Assembly (NCBI GenBank): GCA_904063045.1
Contig: CAJFCJ010000007.1
Location: forward strand, 306,819 to 370,818
Length of the DNA: 64,000 nucleotides
Direction: 5' to 3'
From: Dimorphilus gyrociliatus
Lineage: Eukaryota; Animalia; Annelida
Shown: in pieces, positions 41,554 through 54,400 of the stretch
Layout: each line of letters opens with the position of its first letter
How positions within the stretch are numbered: the stretch's first letter is position 1
Program-made: the position numbers and the translations under genes
The notes under the pieces: model-generated
Databases searched by the model: none
Seen by the model: the letters and a program-made list of their open reading frames with translations, nothing else
What the model was told of the DNA's origin: nothing

Positions 41554-43608
41554 CTGTAAAATAGAAAAGAAAAAAAAAACGTATGAAAAGGGAACTAATA
41601 GAGACATACGGTAAATTAAATGGTAATAGATAGCAGATAAGAAAGAGTAGGAGAAATGAACTAAAAGTAGGACTAGATGTTTAACTAGAGTATAAAAAAT
41701 AATTTTACTTTAGTTGACATAGTTATTTTGCTTTGCTCATTTGAAAAACATTGACAACCTCGCCTAAGGAGAGAGTGTAACTATTGAGCAAACTAGAAAG
41801 AAGAAAGAATATAGATATATATCCAAGAAAGGAAACCTTACAAGCTTACATATGCGTCTAGTGTACCGTATGCAAACAATATCCTCGTTAATATGACTAT
41901 TATTTTTTGATCGATGATGCTAGTTCGATTGCAAACGATATTCTCTCGCCGTCTTCCCCCCATTTTATATTATTAGTAAAACCTATGTATTAGACGTAAA
42001 TTATAGCTGATGTGGAAAAAATCATTTAGGTACGGGGTTATATACTATGTTGACCAGACGTAGAACTCTAAGCTTATATACATATAAAATATTTATATAT
42101 TTACAATAAACTGTAAATATATATGTTTAAATACAAAATCATCACGTTTTTCAAAAGTCTGAGTTGGTAATTTTTACTTTATAAAACTACAACAAGCCAA
42201 AATAGTTAATGTATAAAAATCAAATAATAGATATTTATATTAAATTTCAATAGAAAATTTACACCTTAGAAAATTTAATTGTACCGGAAATTTGAAAAGG
42301 AACATGCATGATTTAGAGCTAAATTTTTTAAATGTACAAACCTTTAAGACATATATATTGGTAATAAATATAGCTGTGTAATAAATGCTGAGGTCTACTA
42401 ACGCCTGGGCAATCTTCTTTTTCAACCAATTTTATTTGGCATATTTTTCGACCTGTACAAGATCTTCTTAGATTATCTGCAATTAAGAGGGAAAAATAGA
42501 ATAAATGAATAATTTAAAGAGAAGAATAAGAATATTATAAATAATTTATATGTTAAACAATAATATTAATTAATTATATTTGTCTATATATTTATATATA
42601 TATATATATATCTTTATATATTAATATATTGATACACTAATGTGATACATATATATATATAATTTACACTATTTTTTCTAAACTTACTGTATTTAGTAGA
42701 TATACAACTATTCTCTTGTTTGTTATTAATTATATCCCGGAAGGATTCCAAAAGATCCTCTCTTGTCCTACTTTCGCATAACTTCTTTTGACCATCATAT
42801 ACAAATTTACTATCTTTTATAATAATTACCTCACCATCATTCTTACATTCTATAGTAGTAGTGGGAGGTGGACAGCATGTAAAGCAATCTATAATTTGTA
42901 GAACTATAATATATTATTACGAATAAATAAATCGTTACTTACCACTATCCATACTACATTCATTCTTATCGTCACAACTAACTACATTCCATAAACACAA
43001 AGTAAAGGTAATTATTAAATTCCTTGTTAGAAGCATTATCATGTACTTTTCACTCTCTTAAAATACAATAAAAAACCTAAATATTTTCAATTAAGAAGAT
43101 AAAACCATTGTACAAATAAGTTAAGCCATTTTCAGCAGTATGGCTGTATGCATACGATTCTTTATGTCTCTTGACTTTTCTGGATTTTTTATGAAATTTC
43201 AGTTTATGTTTTCTTTATTTGAGACCTTTTTGACTATTATTTCTACAGTTGAGTTCTTTTTCTAAATAAAAACAGGCCTCGACGCTTATCACTAATATTA
43301 ACGCACATTTCTTTTGTTATGATAAATACAACCGTACAATACTATTGCTACATAGGCCTAATGATTTTCGATGCAAAATTCGTTTCAGAAAATGTTTTCC
43401 CTTTTAGTTTTATAGATTTACGAGGAAATACCTCCTTTTTCACATCAATTGTGTATTTTAACCACGAATTTGGGGTAGTTAAGGGGATTTAGATCTTATT
43501 AACTTCTATCTGAAAGAAAAGGTGCTCCCAATTCCCTTTATGCATCTTTCCTCTTTAACCGTTTTGATTATTTGCCTTTAAGTAATGCACCATTGGATTT
43601 TTTTCCAG

Positions 43609-46333
43609 CTATAGTCCTTATTCCACCGCTTGTCAGAGATCGCCGGATGATCATCAAATATCGGAAGAGAGTCGGCTAATTAAATGCTTAGAAAAACGCT
43701 ATCAGAAAGTTACTACTCTTGCAAGGCCAGTTCAATCGTCGAAAGCAAGCGTAGTTGTACACTTTGGATTATCGCTAATTCAAATATTGGACTTTGATGA
43801 AAAGAAACAAATTATAACAACTAGTATATGGAAGAATTACGTTTGGAGGGATCAAGTTCTTTCATGGAACCCGATCGACTTTGGTGGCGTTGAGCACATC
43901 AGACTAAAAGCATCTAGTTTATGGTCACCGGATATTGTTCTCTATAATAAGTTAGTTCTATTAATTTTAAAAGTATATTTTGCTACAACACCTTATATCC
44001 TTTAGTTTAACAAAATTAAAACCGAATAAGGTCAATTCCATTTTGATTACAAATTATATTTAATACTTAAGACGTTTTATAACATTCTAACAACCAATAC
44101 ACAAGTACAAAGATTCTATCTAGAATAGCGGTTTTTTTATTAAGTTATACGTAGTATTCTACTTTAATACACAAATTATCAGACTTTACTTAGGAAAAAA
44201 GATTTGAGAACTTTATTTAAAAGAAGACTACAGAATTTACGTTTCTTTCAAGAGTAAAGAGACTAAAAGGGCAAAAGAAAAAAGGATTAGTCTTCTTGAA
44301 AAGGAACAAAATTTAGAATCCTCACTTTCTTTTAATAGCGTTCTTTTTTATTTTTATACGATTCTCTGCTTAAATTCTCTGCTGAGACGTCAGTAAAATT
44401 AACTAATTTACACCTATAGATTATCATATACAATATATTCTATCAAGTAAATCAACCTAAATATATTGGAATATACTAATATGTATACGTATATAAAGAG
44501 CTTCTTGGTCATTTTATCCATCATTGATTTCTTTATAAATCTAATTCCAATAGAAGAAAAGGTAGAGAAGCGTAGCTTAGCTTGATTCATCTTTTTCTAA
44601 TAGGAAGAGGAGAAAGTAAAATAAAATTCTAGATTATAGTCTTGGGTTTCATGCGAATCATTTAAAATTCTTTTCTCCTCTTTGTCTAGTGCCGACGAGC
44701 AAATTAAAGAGCATGAAGAACTAGTGGCCGTTTACTTCAATGGAACTGTCAAATGGATTCCGCCTGCCATCTTTAGGTCTTCCTGTGAGATTGATATGCG
44801 AAATTTTCCTTTCGATGAGCAGGTTCAGAAATTTGACTCGGAAGGAAAGATATAGATTCCTAATTAAATAATTATCCTCTTTTTATTCCAGATTTGCGAG
44901 TTTAAGTTTGGATCATGGACTTTTGATGAAAATAAATTAGATCTTCGCTTGTCTAATGACACAGATAAAATAGACCTAAGGGAATATGTTCACAGTTCTG
45001 AATGGGAGGTTTCATGGACGTCTGCCAAACGACAGGTATTATTTTCATTGTTGTTTAGCTTTAATGAACAATAGTAGCAATAAGAATCATACACGTACTG
45101 TATTTAATTAATCGTGTTTCAAGAACTTAACACAATGATCAATTCATAAATGTATAACAAAGTTTACTTAGTTTTCTTTGAGTTTAATGACCTACTTAAA
45201 GCAAAAATTATGCTAGCTACAAAACTGTTAAATGTAAAGATAAAACTATTCAAGGTGGAGATTAGCAAGGATTATTGTATTCTTGAATATTACTGGTTAA
45301 TTTTCATAAAAGAATTACAATCTTCCTTATACTGTATAAAAACTTTTAATCGCTTTATCTAAAATTCCCATCTATGCATAATATCGAAAGCACATTACAC
45401 TTTTTCAGATTCGTAAATATCAGTTCTTTGATGACGATCCCTACCCCGAACTCATATTTACCTTAAAAATAAGACGTCAATCAACATTTTACGTTCTTCT
45501 GCTGGTTCTACCCTGTGTGCTTTTATCATGTTTAACATTAGTTCTCTTTTGGATTCCTGCTAACAGACCAGATAGAACTGCAGTAGGTTAGTTACTAATT
45601 GTTCTTACCTTTTGATTAATTGCTTCTTCAAGATATAATTTCTATGTATAGGTATGAGCGTTTTCTCATCATTTTTCATCTTACTTCTTATTCTTGTTCA
45701 ATCATCTCCACCTACATCAGCTTCAATTTCATTACTTGGTTAGTATTACACGGATATTTGTAAGCATTTTATGAAATTAAAATTGATTTTCACTTAATAG
45801 GCATTTATTTTTGTATAAATATGGTTCTTATTGCTCTCTCTACAATTTTATCTGTGATCGTCATTAACCTAAGACGTAGGGCGTTCTCTCATTATGCTCC
45901 CAAATGGTTACTCTCGGTTGGTTATTTTTTTCCATACTTATTCTATTATACAAATCATAGTAATCACATTAAACGATATTAGGAAAAGCTCGATATAATT
46001 GCACGATTACTTTTGGCATCTGACGTTTTGAGTATTGTACCAAATTCCCCGAGATCATCCAAGTGTAAGTTAAGAAGACTCGGATCAAAACGAGCGAGCA
46101 AAATAAACGAGAAGCATAATTTAGAAACTTCGGACGATAGCGATGATCAGTATGAGAATGCTGATTTGTATGGCGAAGACACTGAAAGAGAGGATTCAGC
46201 TAAATGTTCTTGTTTGAAGAAGAAAATAGCCAGAAGATGGTTACTCGTTTCGTCAATTCTCGATAGAATTTTCTTTGTAACCTATTTCTGTACGATTTTA
46301 CTTGCTTTAGCTTTTGTGTTTCCTCGGAATTGA
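43609..46333 (+). CDS. Nicotinic acetylcholine receptor-like non-alpha subunit, paralog of the upstream gene; signal-peptide exon not located
   Basis: join(<43609..43950,44690..44822,44892..45035,45409..45586,45652..45738,45801..45916,45983..46333). WSPDIVLYN, Cys-loop [23 protein letters not shown], loop [13 protein letters not shown] (no vicinal CC), M4 preceded by [10 protein letters not shown]. Confidence 0.92.
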
Positions 46334-46767
46334 TATATTCGTATATGTCTTTTTTCTTTTATTAAACTCTTTACTAAATTCATATTTGTATCTCATTTCT
46401 ATTAAAGTCTCTAAGTGCACATAAGATGTAACTATTTTCTCTATATTTAACTAATTTTCAATGTAGAATACAGCCAGAATTTTCTCATATTGCTTTTATC
46501 TGCCCTCTCTCTCTCTGCCGTTGTGCTTTTTCTAGCTCATTTTTTCCCTTTCTCTCTCTACCTTTCTTTCTTTCATTCTCTTTATTTTCAGTACAGGTAT
46601 ATACTTTTTTAGTGTATAAAACAATAAATGCATATACATCAAAGTTGAAAAACTACGAAAATAATGACAAAAAGATCAAAATAACTTTTTTTTTATAACA
46701 AAACAAAAATAAAAATAAAGGTAACACGCTTAGAAAGAGAATTTATAAGAACATTATAGAATTTCAC

Positions 46768-46781
46768 CCACTAGATGTCGT
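46768..46781 (+). promoter_or_regulatory. CTCF-like motif CCACTAGATGTCGT
   Basis: Near-consensus core between the receptor pair and the CAP/fibrocystin-L locus. Confidence 0.4.
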
Positions 46782-47309
46782 ATAATCGAATTATATGTTA
46801 TCTGATGAATCTAAAGCCCTTATAATTACTATTTTATTTAGCTAGGACATTGGTCTTTAATTATATTATAAAAAACAAACTACTCTTAAAACGAGTTTAT
46901 GTTGTCAGCATTTAAAAAAGAATTCTATTATTAGGTGACCTCTATTTCAAGAACTTCAAACTTTTTATTTTTACTGTTAAAATTGTTTATTACAGTTATT
47001 TTCTCACAGTTTTCCCTAATTTGCATTCACGTCAAACGAGACAAAAAGGATAGAGTTCAATAAAAATTTCCCTAAGCCGTCTATCGTTAGCTTTGCTAAA
47101 TATGAAAAGACTTCATTTATCTTAATCATAGATCATAGGTTCTGGATTAATGTAGAATAAAACTAACAAATCCTACCAATGTTTATTGTTAATAAAGGAA
47201 CATTATGGTTTGATCTGAATGGTGATTGGCTAAAACGCCCTTCGAGATTACCATATTAATTGAGAACTTTAACATTTTCCCTTAGATTTAGTAGTCACGT
47301 CTAAGAGGC

Positions 47310-48153
47310 ATGACAAAAACTTTTCAAAACCTCTTGATACTTTTTCTAATAGGTGATTTTTTCTTCTTTTATTTTAAATTTATCTTTTTTCAAACTATCA
47401 GTTCTATATAGTTATTTTGTAATTCATCCTTTTCAGGAGTATCAAATGGATCTATTTCCTCGCTTTTACCATCTGGTGATCAAGATTTGGTTGTAGCAAG
47501 AATTAATCATTTTAGAAGAAATGCAGGATCATCTGATATGCAAAAAATTGCCTGGGATGGAGATTTAGCAAGTTCCGCTCAAGAACAAGCCAACCGTTGT
47601 TCTGAAATACAAGATTCAAAAGTATTTGCCTTTTCTTCAATTTCTTCAGTTGAAAATGCTGTGAAGGCATGGTTTGATGAAAAAGGAAATTTTGATGGAA
47701 ATTCTTGCAATTGCCGAGTAGGAGCAAAATGTCAAAATTATATTAAAGTTACAACAGCAAAAACCGTAAAAGTTGGCTGTGGTAGACAAACATGCTCTAA
47801 TTTATATGAAGATAGCACAAGAACCTCAGTCATAAAGAATAATGTCGAGTTTCTTGTTTGTAAATTTGAAAAACCGTAAGTTAAAAAAGTTACAAGCAAT
47901 GCACTTTGTGAGCAATTTCTTTAATATTTTTTTTACTTTAGAGCTATAGAGAATAATTGTCCCTTTAAAAAGGGAAAAGAATGCTCAGAATGTCCAAGCG
48001 GAAGGGAGAGATGCGTTGAGAAGTTATGTCAAGGTAAATTGAAAAGAATAAATGCAATTTTTAAATTTAATATGTTTTTTGAAAACAAGCTTACATTATT
48101 TGCTTATTTCAGCGTCCTGCGCAAAAGGAGAAGAGGGTGAAGGCTGCCGTTAG
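47310..48153 (+). CDS. Secreted CAP (SCP/PR-1) domain module; stand-alone 204-aa protein or N-terminus of fibrocystin-L
   Basis: join(47310..47352,47437..47875,47942..48033,48113..48153). Signal-like MTKTFQNLLILFLIG; CAP hallmarks INHFRR, MQKIAWDGDLASSAQ, AVKAWFDE, KVGCG and LVCKF; Cys-rich hinge CSECP...C...LC. The last exon holds a GTTAGT donor at 48149 overlapping the stop. Confidence 0.85.
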
Positions 48154-48420
48154 TAAAATTTATTGACATATTCATCGTTGTTTATTGATCAATAGAACGT
48201 GATAATCACTAAGGATCTGTAATTTTTGGATTTATCCTATTGTTCCTAATCCTAGTAATCCATTAATAACCAACTAACTATTTAATGTAAATAATCCTTG
48301 CATAATTATTACAGGATTAGTTAACATTTTGCGTTGCCTAAACAAAAAGAAAAATCTTATTCATTATTTTGAAATGTATTCAATAGCGTTACTTTCATTG
48401 TATTTAATTCTTTTTCATAG

Positions 48421-51400
48421 ACATCGAACCAAAAGTTACACATATTCAACCGCAAAAAGGTTCTTTAAATGGTGGAACACGAATTACGATTTTTGGAAAA
48501 GGTCCATATTTAATATTTTTTTTTTCCAAATTTGATAAATATGTTATCAATTATCTCTTATTTATAGGGTTTTCCCAGGATCGATTCAATTTTGGTGCAA
48601 ATAGAGAATCGTTAGGTAATAAAGTGACTCTAATATCTGCAGTGGGAAGCCATACTTGCGATATTCATATTGATGGCTGTACCGAATTTCAAATTACTTG
48701 CTATACTAGGTTGTTTTATAAAATATGTATATATATACAGTGTATATGCACATTTCATTTTTTATTGTCTATTAGAAAAATGCCCGCCGGAAGTTATTTT
48801 GTACGTATCGAGGTTGATGGAAAAGCAGTAACTGATGAAAATCACTGTGGAGATGCTGATGCTTCAGGTTTGCTTATAAATTAGATTTTAGATCACGTAT
48901 GTTAGTTAGCTATATAAAAATTAAAATTATAAATATCTTGCAAGAGATTACTTTTAGTCTCGTCATTGAAGCAACTTTTTCTTACTAGACATACATTTAT
49001 ACGTTTTAAATTACTTATTTATAAGGACTACTTCAGGGATTTAGCTTAGCTCATAATAATAAGAAATAGAAAAAACATTTTGTTAATTTTTACTAATCTC
49101 CGTTACAAAAGGAGCTGCATTTTAAGTATGATAAAAGACATTTTGAATGTGTATTATGTCATAAGTTCTAAGAATACTCTAAATTCTGTTCTAGTTTATT
49201 CTGAATTAATCATTTTCGATTTTCACAGACTGCAAATTTACAACTCTTCAAGATAAAACACCAACAATAGAGTCAATAGAGAGACATACACAAACACCTC
49301 GTCAATTTATTAAGATGAGAGGTGTCATTGGTACAGCTTATAGAGGAAGTACTATACTTACCGAGAATAGTACAAATGGCGAAACCGATAGATTTACTAG
49401 AATGTGGGCATGCGGGCGCGAATGTATTATGGAAAATGAAAACGGCGATGTGTTAGTTTTTATTCAGAGCTTATTTATAAAATATTAATAAAATAATCTA
49501 TTATTATACTTGTAGCCATAAATTAGAATTAGATGGTGATGGAACAGGCAAATATGGCTCGGTTTGGTGTGAACACCAAGGGAATTTTGTCGGTTTGTAG
49601 ACTTAATAAAGTGTTTTAATTTTCTATATGTATTTTATACTTAAATTAGGACTTTGTAATGTAAGTTCACTGATTGAAGGAAGTTGGGGAAGATCTCTAA
49701 CCAAGACACACTTGTTGAGGGTTTCTCATGATGATAGAATTTATACTCTTCAAACCTATGCTGTAATAGAGAGTATCTCCCCAAATGAGGGATCTGAATC
49801 GGGTTCAACCTATATTACTATATCTGGAAACTATTTTGATCCAAAAACATCAAGTGTTAAAGTTAGTGATGAAAATTGTGCCATCGTTAGCATTACTAAT
49901 AATGAGATTATTTGTAAAACGTCACCAAAACCTGCTTCCTTACCATCTAAATTCCCCGGAAATCGGGGTCTACTCAGAAGCACTTGGGAAGGAGAAAATA
50001 AAAATTTTGCTAATTTAGATGATATAGACTCTCTCTCAAACCCAACATATACCAACTGGACAGATGAAACTTATTATAAAGAAATTGAAAAAAATACATA
50101 TGTTACTAAAACGGTTGGTTATTTCATAGCCCCTGCAGACTCTGACTATGTTCTCAAAGCCAAAGGGGACGATTTTCTTAAAGTTTATCTTAGTAAAGAT
50201 GACACAGATCCTTCATCCCTGGTGAGTAAATTATCTTCATTAATACTACTCACGACTCGTGAATAACGTTCTTTCTTTTAGGAATTAATGTCCCAAGTTG
50301 TGACAGCAACAGACAGTTTCAATACAAATCCAGAGCAAATTAGCTCGAAATTTACATTAGAGAAGGGTAAAGCTTACGCTATCAAAATAGTTCATGCCGA
50401 AGGCAGTTCAGCGGCTAAAATTGCTGTTGGAATTCACTCTATGAGTACGGTTTTTAACGAAGGTCAAAATGCCTGGGCAAAAGACGAAGTCCAAATTATA
50501 AAAACAACAAGTACTGTCCGACCCGAAATACAGACATTAGATATGTCTAGTTTCCCAGCTTCTCAAACTGCAACTTCCGAAGTTCAATCTTGTGTAATTG
50601 ACATATCATCCGAAGAAATTCCTTTCAGATTAAAGTACAATAATTTACCAACAGGTAAGAGTTTATTAATAATCTCTAAATAGAAGAGTATTAATTTTTC
50701 TTTCATATCTTTTTTATAGAACTTTTATCAAAGCTCTCAACTGCAAACGATGTGAAAAATAAACTTAAGAAATTGTCGACAATTGCAGCCGAAAATATAA
50801 ATCTTGATGTAACTGTTGCTAGTGACGCTACCACGTTTACTATAACTGTCACATTTAATTCTGAATTGGGTTCTCATCCACAATTGGAATTGGTCACGGC
50901 ACCGGAGTATTCAGGAAATGTATCAATGGTTGTAACAAAAACAACAGCGGGAGTATCAGGAAATGAAAAATTTAGATTACAATATGCCGATCAAGTGTCT
51001 CCTGTAATACCTGTTGGAGCGAACGCAGAGAAGGTGAATAGATTAAAAACTAATCTCTTTCTTACTATAACAAAGACAAATCCCTAAAATTAGGTTAAAG
51101 AGGCCGTTGAAACTCTATTTTCTGTTAAATGTTCCAAGAAACTTACAGAAAATTCAGCCTTAGAATTTGATGAGTTTGAAAGTTCAAGTGAGTCAGCTGA
51201 AGTCGTACCATTTTGTGGCAGACGATCTAGAAAGAACCCCTATATATTATTTTCTTCGACAAAAAGACCTATATCAATTAACAGCAATCCTATTGTAAGT
51301 CATATATCGAAAATATTTGAATTTTTAGACAATAATTAAAACTCTATGTTTTACAGTTCTGTACTGCTTATAAAGGAAACTTTTTATCAAGACTTCAGGT

Positions 51401-54400
51401 TAAATACATTTACCCAGACAATGGTAAATCCTCAACACGATTTAGAAATATAAAATTTGATTTGAGTGATAATAGCGGAAAGTAATTAGCGTTTTATCTT
51501 AATAATATATCAATGATTAAGTTATGAGATATTATTATAATATCCATTTTAATCTTTTTTCAGTTGGAACTATAATTGCGTAAACATATTAGAGTATCTT
51601 AAGGCTAGACACATTGGCGTCACTATATTTAGAGCGCAGCTAATTCGCATTAATCCTATGGATTCTGAATCATATATTGATATTCCTTATCTTGGTCCAG
51701 AAAAACCAGCTGGTGAAGAAAATCGTAAGTTTGACTTAACTACTATTGGCTACTTTTTAGAGCAATAAATAATAATTCTGTAATTTTATAGCTACAAATT
51801 TAAGAGGAGTTCCAGCCTTCGTTGCTGATGAAGTAACAGTCAATGAAACTGCTTCAGGAATTTACGAGATATCAATTATGCCTCGCAATTGCTTCAATAA
51901 TTTACAATTATTATCTGTGGCCAGCGCAGCCCCTGCAGATTTCACAGTTACACAGGAACAAGCTGCTGGCGTTCCTCCCTCAGGTGAATTCACAATCAGC
52001 TGGGATGGAAAGACCACAGGTAGGCGAAATATAAATCTAGTATTAAAAATTCAATAGCTGAGAACAAATTAAAATAACAACTATATCTTGTTTTTAGTTG
52101 TTAAGGCTGACTACACTGAAAGAGAAATGAATGATCAATTAGAAACTTTAAGTGGTATTCAAGATGTAAAAGTTACAAGAACAGGCAAATGTAGTGGCTA
52201 CGAATGGAGAGTACAATTCCTTACTTATCATGGAGATGCCCCAGATATGACTGTTTGTAAAATATTCCATATTTACCATAATTATATTAATTTATTTTAA
52301 AGATATCGGACCATTCAAGTTTACAAGGTACGGACGCAGCTGCTAGTATAGTACAGGGAAGGAATGGAGGTATTTTTTACTACCCTATCCCAGGTGATAT
52401 GCTTAGGACAATGCATGATCTACCTCAAGTAATTATAAACTTATTGAATTTCTATGCTTTAATCTTGATTTAATTTTTAAATGAAGACTTTATGGAATAT
52501 ATTTTTCAGGTGACAGTCGATGTGAATAATGTTCCTTCAAGATGTGCAGGAAATTGCGACTTTCAATGGAGTAGCGCGATAAATCCAACAGCTTCGGGTA
52601 TTACTCCCACAACAGGCACATCCGGAACAGCAGTTACCATTGCTGGCACTGGTTTTTCAACCACTCCATCTATGAATGTCGTCCTCATTGGTGATTCAGA
52701 ATGCTCTATCACAACATCAACAGAAACCGAGATACAGTGTACAGTAGCTGATGGTGCACTTGGTAGCCAAGATGTTCAAGTTATTGTTAAAGATAAAGGC
52801 CTTGCGACTTCATCTATGATCTTTGATTATACTGCAGCTGTTTCAAGTATTTCTCCTACAAGTGGAAGTATCGGTGGAGGTTTAGTATTGACTGTCACCG
52901 GAAAAGGCTTTCAAGATGGAGACATTGTTAAAATAGGAGCAGTAGAATGTCCTGGTATAGCCTTGACTTTCTCGACAATAACGTGTAAAGTACCTGCCAG
53001 AGCTGTAAGTAACAATTAAACAACTTTTCTAAATAAGTATATAAACATTATTGTTTTATTAAATAGGCAGGAGCTGGCCAGGAAACTGTTACAGTGGAAA
53101 ATAGTGGCTCTCCAATAACAGGTAGCGCAACTTTCGACTATACTGAAGCCGATTCAATATTAATAACTGCCATTGACCTAACACAGGCAAATGCCTTTGG
53201 TAAGAAAATATTTTATACTTTTAAGAATATACTCAAAAATTGACTGTCACTTAAATTTAGGAGGCGAAGAGGTTACAATTGATTCAACAGTTGGACCCTT
53301 TGGATTCAATCCTCGTAAAGTTTTCGTAGGAGATCATGAAACAACAATATTAAAGTATTCGAACACACAAATTAAAATTAGATTACCATCTTTACCAAAT
53401 GGAGAGCATACTTTATATATTCGAGGTGCACATGGATATGCTATTTTAGAGTTCGTAACTTCTATACCTTTATCATATTTAGATAAAAACACATAATTCT
53501 TTCACAGTGCCACTAAAGCTCTTCCAAAAATAACAGTGCAGTTTGAAGTTACAGCAGTTTCGACAGATAAATGCTCCAGCTATGGTGGTTGTAGAATAAC
53601 TTTAACTGGAGTAGGCTTTAATACTGATTGCTCAAAGAATAAGATTACATATGAGGATTCAGTATGCAAACCGACATCTTGTTCTGACACTTCTGTGGAG
53701 TGTACTTTAGAATATGCTGCATTTGTTCATAGAATAACTAATAATGGTATCAATCCTGCTCTGGGTAAGAAATTTGCCTGGGACCCAAAAAATATTGAAA
53801 TTATGATGGGTGATATCATTTCTTGGTCTTGGGATCCACCAAAATTTGTCAGAAAAGTCAATTATAGAGTTGCTGAAACTGAAACGGACACAAGCTCAGT
53901 CCCAAAAGTTGGAGGTTTTTCAAGCGGACCAAATGGAAGTCCTACTGGATCCTATAGAAAGCACTTTCCCACTGTTGGAAATTATAAATACTTCTCCGGT
54001 TACGTTGATGAAGAAGGAACTATTGCTTTTAGAGGATGGGTGAACGTAGTTGCAAGAGAACCTTTTGTTTTATATCTTTCTTTTTATCAAGGATCTGCGG
54101 AAGCCACATATACATTAGGTGAGATTTTAAATAAGTTATTCTTTAAAAAAAACACAATCTCTTTCATTTTTAGGTGGAGCTGGAAAAAGAAAGAAGAGAT
54201 CAGCTTGTTCAGTAAAATCCTGTTCTGATCCTGACCCGACAGTATCTGATGCAACAAAATTTCCTTTGAAAATGTTAACGTGCTTAGATAGTGAAATTGA
54301 TAGCATAACTCCATCTGAAGGTACAGCCGCAGATACGTTAACCATAACTGGAAGCGGATTCGGCACAACTGATTCCTGCGTAACTGTAGAAGTCGGACAA

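Noticed and set aside
48374-48420. Signal-peptide-like MYSIALLSLYLILF just before fibrocystin-L
   Set aside because: It is out of frame with IEPKV and coincides with the polypyrimidine tract of a good acceptor. It is viable only with a one-base assembly error, kept as the refuting alternative for the CAP fusion.
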